DNA of 64,000 nucleotides from an uncultured Desulfatitalea sp. (lineage in GTDB: Bacteria; Desulfobacterota; Desulfobacteria; Desulfobacterales; Desulfosarcinaceae), in the NCBI GenBank assembly GCA_963668675.2, contig CAXXMB010000001.1, positions 1,472,001-1,536,000 on the forward strand. Direction: 5' to 3'. Both the position numbers and the translations under genes were made by a program. Below the pieces are notes generated by a model, which worked only from the letters and a program-made list of their open reading frames with translations, searched no databases and was not told where the DNA came from. This document shows, in pieces, positions 59,445 to 64,000 of the stretch; positions within the stretch are counted from its first letter, which is position 1; each line of letters begins with the position of its first letter.

Positions 59445-59825
59445 ATGGCGATACTCGTACTTGTACATGAAGGCTTGACCATAAAAAAGATCCCTCTGGA
59501 AAAATCGGAAATTTACATCGGAAGGAATGCGGATTGCGATATCTTCCTGGATGACAAACTGGCCAGCCAGAGGCACGCAAAAATCACGATGACTGAAAAC
59601 CGCGAGCAGGATGGCGCCCTGGAGCACCACATCGAGGACCTGGAGAGCACGAACCACACGTACGTCAACAGCGAAGAGATCACCCACAAGAAGCTAACAC
59701 ACAACGACACCGTTCGAATCGGCAAGCATGTCTTTAAATTTATCGACGAGAAGGAAGCCTTGGCAGACAAGACCACCAAATTGCATAAAAGCTGGATTCC
59801 AGGCGTATACTACACAAAGGATTAA
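59445..59825 (+). CDS. FHA domain protein
   Basis: IGR, SQRH, DLESTN.TYVN; AAGGAG RBS. Confidence 0.92.
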   Translation: MAILVLVHEGLTIKKIPLEKSEIYIGRNADCDIFLDDKLASQRHAKITMTENREQDGALEHHIEDLESTNHTYVNSEEITHKKLTHNDTVRIGKHVFKFIDEKEALADKTTKLHKSWIPGVYYTKD

Positions 59826-60730
59826 TGCACTCTGGATTCCCCACCCGTCCTTTCAAGGATAAAGCGAACGACCTCCTCTATGGCCTCACGCCCTTCGGGC
59901 AGGATCGCCGAAAAGAGCTGCCACACATGCACCATCTGGTCCCATACTTCCAATGAGACCTCCACACCAACCGTTTTGGCATTGGCTGCCAATCGCCTGC
60001 TGTCATCCAGAAGTACTTCCGACGATCCCACCTGGATCAGCAGGGGCGGCAATCCGGTCAGATCTCCGAAAACCGGTGATGCAAATGGGGTTTTCGGATC
60101 TTCACCGGCCAGGTAAGCGTCGGCCAGCTCCAGAATGGGTGCCTTCTGAACAATCGGATCCTCTTCGGCTTTGGTCCGATAGCTGTCACCGCTGGCAGAC
60201 AAATCCGCCCATGGCGAGAGGCAGACGCCGGCGGCAGGAAGCGTAATATCCTTCTCTCTGAGATGCATCATGGTTGCAAGCGTCAGGCCGCCGCCAGCGG
60301 AATCGCCGGCAATGATCAGTCGCTCCGGCGAATAGCCCTGGGAAAGCAGCCACTGGTAAGCCTTGACAGCGTCCTCCAGTGCGGCCGGGAAAGGGTTTTC
60401 CGGTGCGAGCCGGTATTCGATCATGAGCGCTTTGGCTTGAAGACCGTTTGCGATATAGGAGACCATGCTCTGGTGGGTGAGGTTTGAGCCGAGGCAGTAT
60501 CCGCCGCCATGCAAAAAAAGCACGACCAAGTCCGATGAGATTTCAGCCGGGAGCAACCACTGGGCATTGATATGATCCATGGGGACCGGTTCACAGATAA
60601 CACCTTCCACCATGGGAAGTTGGGCCAGTTTTTCCTCCAAATTGATTCTGCGGCTTTCGAAAGAGGTATCATTCGGTTCGGGCAAGACCTCTAACAGGTG
60701 CATCAGGTCATCAAACGCTTTGCTTGGCAT
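59822..60730 (-). CDS. HSL-family alpha/beta hydrolase (esterase)
   Basis: HGGGY, YRLAPE..FPAALED, GDSAGG, E.L.DD, HVW. Confidence 0.94.
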   Translation of the reverse strand: MPSKAFDDLMHLLEVLPEPNDTSFESRRINLEEKLAQLPMVEGVICEPVPMDHINAQWLLPAEISSDLVVLFLHGGGYCLGSNLTHQSMVSYIANGLQAKALMIEYRLAPENPFPAALEDAVKAYQWLLSQGYSPERLIIAGDSAGGGLTLATMMHLREKDITLPAAGVCLSPWADLSASGDSYRTKAEEDPIVQKAPILELADAYLAGEDPKTPFASPVFGDLTGLPPLLIQVGSSEVLLDDSRRLAANAKTVGVEVSLEVWDQMVHVWQLFSAILPEGREAIEEVVRFILERTGGESRVH

Positions 60731-60830
60731 GCGATGTTCCTCTCAACTACAAGTGTCCCGATTTCATCATGAGGTAGCTGCGGATCACCCCACCCTATCG
60801 GTCAACTATCAGGCCGGCGTTTACCATTTG

Positions 60831-60854
60831 AGGGGCAGGTCGGTCCCTGCCCCT
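60831..60854. terminator. GC-rich hairpin after the carboxyltransferase gene (terminator or REP-like)
   Basis: AGGGGCAGG-tcggtc-CCTGCCCCT. Confidence 0.5.
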
Positions 60855-60883
60855 TTATCTGTCTGTCATGGGTCTCATGGATA

Positions 60884-62617
60884 TCATCCCCTTATGACGC
60901 GGGGAAGCAGCATCTGATGCTGTGGGCATATCGATTTGGGGTTTTGGTAGGCGGCCCCGGCAAATGCCTTGAGATAGCTTCTCAGGTCCCTCATCTTGGC
61001 GATTTCATCCACCATGCCTTTTTTGGCGCAGTAGATCGGCCGTGAGTAATCATAGTACTCCTGGACCATCTCGTTCATCTTGTCGATAACAGGTTTGAGT
61101 GGTCGACCCGCCGCCTTCTCTTTCACCAGGCGTCTTGAAAAGCTCGCGGCAGCAGCGGTTTCACCGTGCATGACGTAAATCTCAGAAGTGGCCGTCCCCA
61201 ATGTAAAGGCTGTGTGCCGGTTGGCGGTCGGCCCTCCCATGACATAGTGGGCAGCGGCGGTGCCCTTGCGCAGCACGACCAGCAGCATCGGCACATCTGT
61301 CTGCTGGATGGAGTAAACTAAGGATTGGCCCAGTCCAAGCAGTTCGGCCTTTTCGGCGATGTCGCCCACATCGATACCCGAGGTGTCCTGGAACCAGATA
61401 ATCGGGATGCGGTCGCGCCCACACATGGTGACAAACTCATTCATCTTGATGAGTCCCTGGCGGTAGAGCTTCCCTCCAATACCGGGGTAGTCGGCATACT
61501 CGGGGTAGTCTTCTCCCAGCCACCCCTGTCGGTTGCCGATGACACCGACCAGAAAGCCATCCATTTTCACCAGTCCGGTATACATTTCCGGTCCTGCGTT
61601 GGGCTTGAACTCCAGGTGTTCGCTCCCGTCCACCAGGCGTGCCAGCACCTCGTCGAAATTGTAGATCTGCTTCTGGTTGAACGGCACCAGGGTATAGAGA
61701 TCTTCGGCAGAGAATTTGGGTTCGGCCGGCTCTGCGACGCGGAAAAATTTGGGTTTGTATGCCGGTATATCTCGCATGAACTCCTTCAGGCCATCAAGCA
61801 CATCGGTTTCAGTTTCGTACTTATAGCGGAAAAAGCCGGTAGCGTCATAGTGGACATCCACGCTTCCCGGTGGTTTGACCTTGAACTCCTTGGCGGCATT
61901 GATCAACTGCTCGGCCCCCTCTTCATCGAAATAGCCTTTCGGAGACATCCCGCTTAAAATACCACCGCCGCCCACGGCGATGTTGCAATCTTTATGGGCG
62001 AACAGAATGGTCGGGCTGATCCCCTGATAACCGCCGCCGGCCGGATTGGTACCATAGATACCGGCCAGGATCGGTATTCCAAGTTGATTCATTTCAGCAT
62101 GACGGAAAAAAGGTGTTCCGCCGCAGCGCCGGTTGGCATAAAATTTCTCCTGTTCGGTCAATTTAACGCCCGAGCAGTTTACCAGCCACACCAGGGGGAT
62201 GTTCAATCGGGTGGAGAGATCGGTGACCCGCAGGATGTTCTCGTACTGACCGGGCAGCCAGGCTCCCGCCATGACCTTATTGTCAAACCCGATGATCACG
62301 GCCCACTTGCCCTGGATTTTGCCCAGACCGTCGATGACATTGCTTGTGCCCTCTACGTTGTCCTCGGGATTAAACAGCGTGTGGAGGGGACACCATGTCC
62401 CCGGATCCACCAGGTAATCGAGTCGTTGAAAAACGGTCAGTTGTCCCCGTGCATTGATCTTATCGGCAGGGAAACCGGCATTTTTCACCTTTTCCACGGC
62501 CTCATCGACCTGAGCCTCCACTTTTTTTAGGTTGGAGACGTTCTCTCCCCCGCTCTTGATTTGTCCCGGGTTCAACTCCTGTCCAAAGGTGTCCATCTTC
62601 TCAAAATAGGGTCTCAT
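60884..62617 (-). CDS. Biotin-dependent carboxyltransferase, glutaconyl-CoA decarboxylase alpha-like
   Basis: NCSGV.L.EQ, GTNPAGGGY, GGKLYRQGLIKMNEFV, QDT.GIDVG, RKG.AAAHYV.GGP, SICP.HQMLLPR. Confidence 0.88.
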   Translation of the reverse strand: MRPYFEKMDTFGQELNPGQIKSGGENVSNLKKVEAQVDEAVEKVKNAGFPADKINARGQLTVFQRLDYLVDPGTWCPLHTLFNPEDNVEGTSNVIDGLGKIQGKWAVIIGFDNKVMAGAWLPGQYENILRVTDLSTRLNIPLVWLVNCSGVKLTEQEKFYANRRCGGTPFFRHAEMNQLGIPILAGIYGTNPAGGGYQGISPTILFAHKDCNIAVGGGGILSGMSPKGYFDEEGAEQLINAAKEFKVKPPGSVDVHYDATGFFRYKYETETDVLDGLKEFMRDIPAYKPKFFRVAEPAEPKFSAEDLYTLVPFNQKQIYNFDEVLARLVDGSEHLEFKPNAGPEMYTGLVKMDGFLVGVIGNRQGWLGEDYPEYADYPGIGGKLYRQGLIKMNEFVTMCGRDRIPIIWFQDTSGIDVGDIAEKAELLGLGQSLVYSIQQTDVPMLLVVLRKGTAAAHYVMGGPTANRHTAFTLGTATSEIYVMHGETAAAASFSRRLVKEKAAGRPLKPVIDKMNEMVQEYYDYSRPIYCAKKGMVDEIAKMRDLRSYLKAFAGAAYQNPKSICPQHQMLLPRVIRG

Positions 62618-62766
62618 GGCTAAAATCTCCAGATCTCATTTGGGTTGCCCGGCCAGGCTCGGCAACCATGGGGCATCTGCAGAGCGACTCTAAAAACGAG
62701 CGGTTTTATTCCGGTTCTTTAGAGATCGTCTGCAATCATCTCATCACTTCCAGTCTATCAACTTTT

Positions 62767-63165
62767 TCACTCCCCAGCCGTCATGGGCCAAAGCCCTCTA
62801 TCGATAAGTACCTCTCGCAGTACTTTCAAAGCGGCATTAACTGTGGGTATCCCCGCATAGGTAAAGGTTTGAAAAATCACTTCGGCGATATCCTGCGGCG
62901 AGCATCCCACGTTCAGGGCCGCAATGATATGCAGTTTGAGCTCTTCACTGCGCCCTAGCACCGTCAACACCGCAATAGTGACAAACTGCCGGGTCGGGTG
63001 TGCAATCTTCTCACGGCCGTACATCCTTCCGGTGATGAAGAGAGAGAGCTGCTTGCCCAATTCAGGGTCGAAAGCGCGCCAAAGATCGAATGGTTTCTCT
63101 TCCGTCACACCCTCAAAGTAGAGTGCGGCAACCGCCTGGGTTCTCTTTTTGATATCATCGTCCAT
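62767..63165 (-). CDS. Carboxymuconolactone decarboxylase (AhpD/CMD) family protein
   Basis: R...TIA.L..LG..EELK.H...ALN.G.....I.EVI.Q...YAG.P. Confidence 0.88.
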   Translation of the reverse strand: MDDDIKKRTQAVAALYFEGVTEEKPFDLWRAFDPELGKQLSLFITGRMYGREKIAHPTRQFVTIAVLTVLGRSEELKLHIIAALNVGCSPQDIAEVIFQTFTYAGIPTVNAALKVLREVLIDRGLWPMTAGE

Positions 63166-63253
63166 TGACCAAAACCTTGTTAGTAAAATGATTCCCGTTC
63201 AGGCGAACGAAAGATCGGTGCCGCCAGCGCCTCCCGGCGCCCATCCGACACCA

Positions 63254-63967
63254 CTATCCGCCCAGGTAAGCCTCCTTGACCTTAGGGTCGTTGAGCAGCT
63301 GGCCTGCCGGCCCGTTCAGCACCACCTGGCCGGTTTCTAGAACGTATGCAAAATCAGCGATTTGCAAGGCCGCTCTGGCATTTTGCTCGACCAGTAAAAT
63401 AGTCATTCCCGAACGATTGAGCTGTTCGATGGTGTTAAAAATATCCTGAACAATAATCGGCGCCAGCCCCATAGAGGGTTCGTCCAGCAGCAGAAGTTTT
63501 GGGCGCGTCATCAGGGCCCGGCCAATGGCCAGCATCTGCTGCTCTCCTCCGGAGAGGGTACCGGAGATCTGTTTGGCCCGCTTGGACAAGATGGGAAACA
63601 TCTCATATACCTGTCCGATGCGTTCCAGGATCTCTTGGCGATTACTGCGTTTGTGATAGAGATAGGCACCCAGATGGATATTGTCTTCAACCGTCATGTG
63701 AGCAAAGATCTGCCGCCCCTCGGCAACTTGGGACAATCCCAGGGCAACGATACGGTTAGCAGGCATATCGATAATGTTCCTGCCGTTGAAGATGATTCGG
63801 CCAGAGCAGTTTTTGTTCAGCCCCGAGATCGCTTTGAGCAGCGTCGACTTGCCGGCACCATTGGTGCCGATGATGGAAACGACCCGTCCTTCGGGAACCT
63901 CGAGAGAGATCTCTTTGATGGCGGAAATGGAGCTGTATCCTGCAGTGAGTTTTTCGATTTCAAGCAT
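63254..63967 (-). CDS. Branched-chain amino acid-type ABC transporter ATPase (LivF-like)
   Basis: GTNGAGKST, EGRQIF, LSGGEQQMLA, LDEPSMGLAP, VEQN, AYLGG. Confidence 0.95.
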   Translation of the reverse strand: MLEIEKLTAGYSSISAIKEISLEVPEGRVVSIIGTNGAGKSTLLKAISGLNKNCSGRIIFNGRNIIDMPANRIVALGLSQVAEGRQIFAHMTVEDNIHLGAYLYHKRSNRQEILERIGQVYEMFPILSKRAKQISGTLSGGEQQMLAIGRALMTRPKLLLLDEPSMGLAPIIVQDIFNTIEQLNRSGMTILLVEQNARAALQIADFAYVLETGQVVLNGPAGQLLNDPKVKEAYLGG

Positions 63968-63973
63968 AATTGT

Positions 63974-64000
63974 TTACGCTTTTCCGCGATTCATATGACC
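63974..64000 (-). CDS. 3' end of an upstream gene (probably LivG-like ATPase), truncated by window
   Basis: GHMNRGKA* ends 6 nt before the livF-like start; identity inferred from position only. Confidence 0.4.
   Translation of the reverse strand, partial: GHMNRGKA

Noticed and set aside
1..64000. CRISPR arrays, IS elements, prophage, rRNA, selenocysteine read-through
   Set aside because: By-eye reading found no regularly spaced repeats, transposase or phage genes, rRNA signatures, or TGA-interrupted Cys motifs; subtle cases could be missed without tools

Overview
A gene-dense 64 kb chromosomal window, probably from an anaerobic deltaproteobacterium (Desulfobacterales-like; inferred from gene content only). 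It holds about 65 CDSs and one tRNA-Val(CAC). I found no rRNA, CRISPR array, transposase, integrase or prophage gene. Content: housekeeping genes (tRNA nucleotidyltransferase 3' end, trpS, scpAB, pgk, gpsA, gyrA, der, PBP1A, MltD-like); a cobU-cobS-cbiR-like cobamide cluster; bioB with a BirA-type operator; a divergent AbfD-family Fe-S flavoenzyme; a DtxR-family regulator facing feoA-feoB; a CpxRA-like pair facing a lipoprotein; a CHASE2-Ser/Thr kinase with an FHA partner; and a liv-ABC/CMD/carboxyltransferase cluster cut by the right edge. The best novelty candidate is a ~785 aa GAF protein downstream of feoB. Its C-terminal half appears to be a divergent class III nucleotide cyclase, with both metal Asps and the adenine-specifying Lys/Asp pair in order and a ~100 aa insertion. 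Also notable are a ~107 bp gene scar that looks like a class IV aminotransferase collapsed across a 10 bp microhomology, several operators and promoters, three REP-like copies, candidate structured RNAs, and two small ORFs missing from the ORF track. All assignments come from motif reading by eye; no searches were run.
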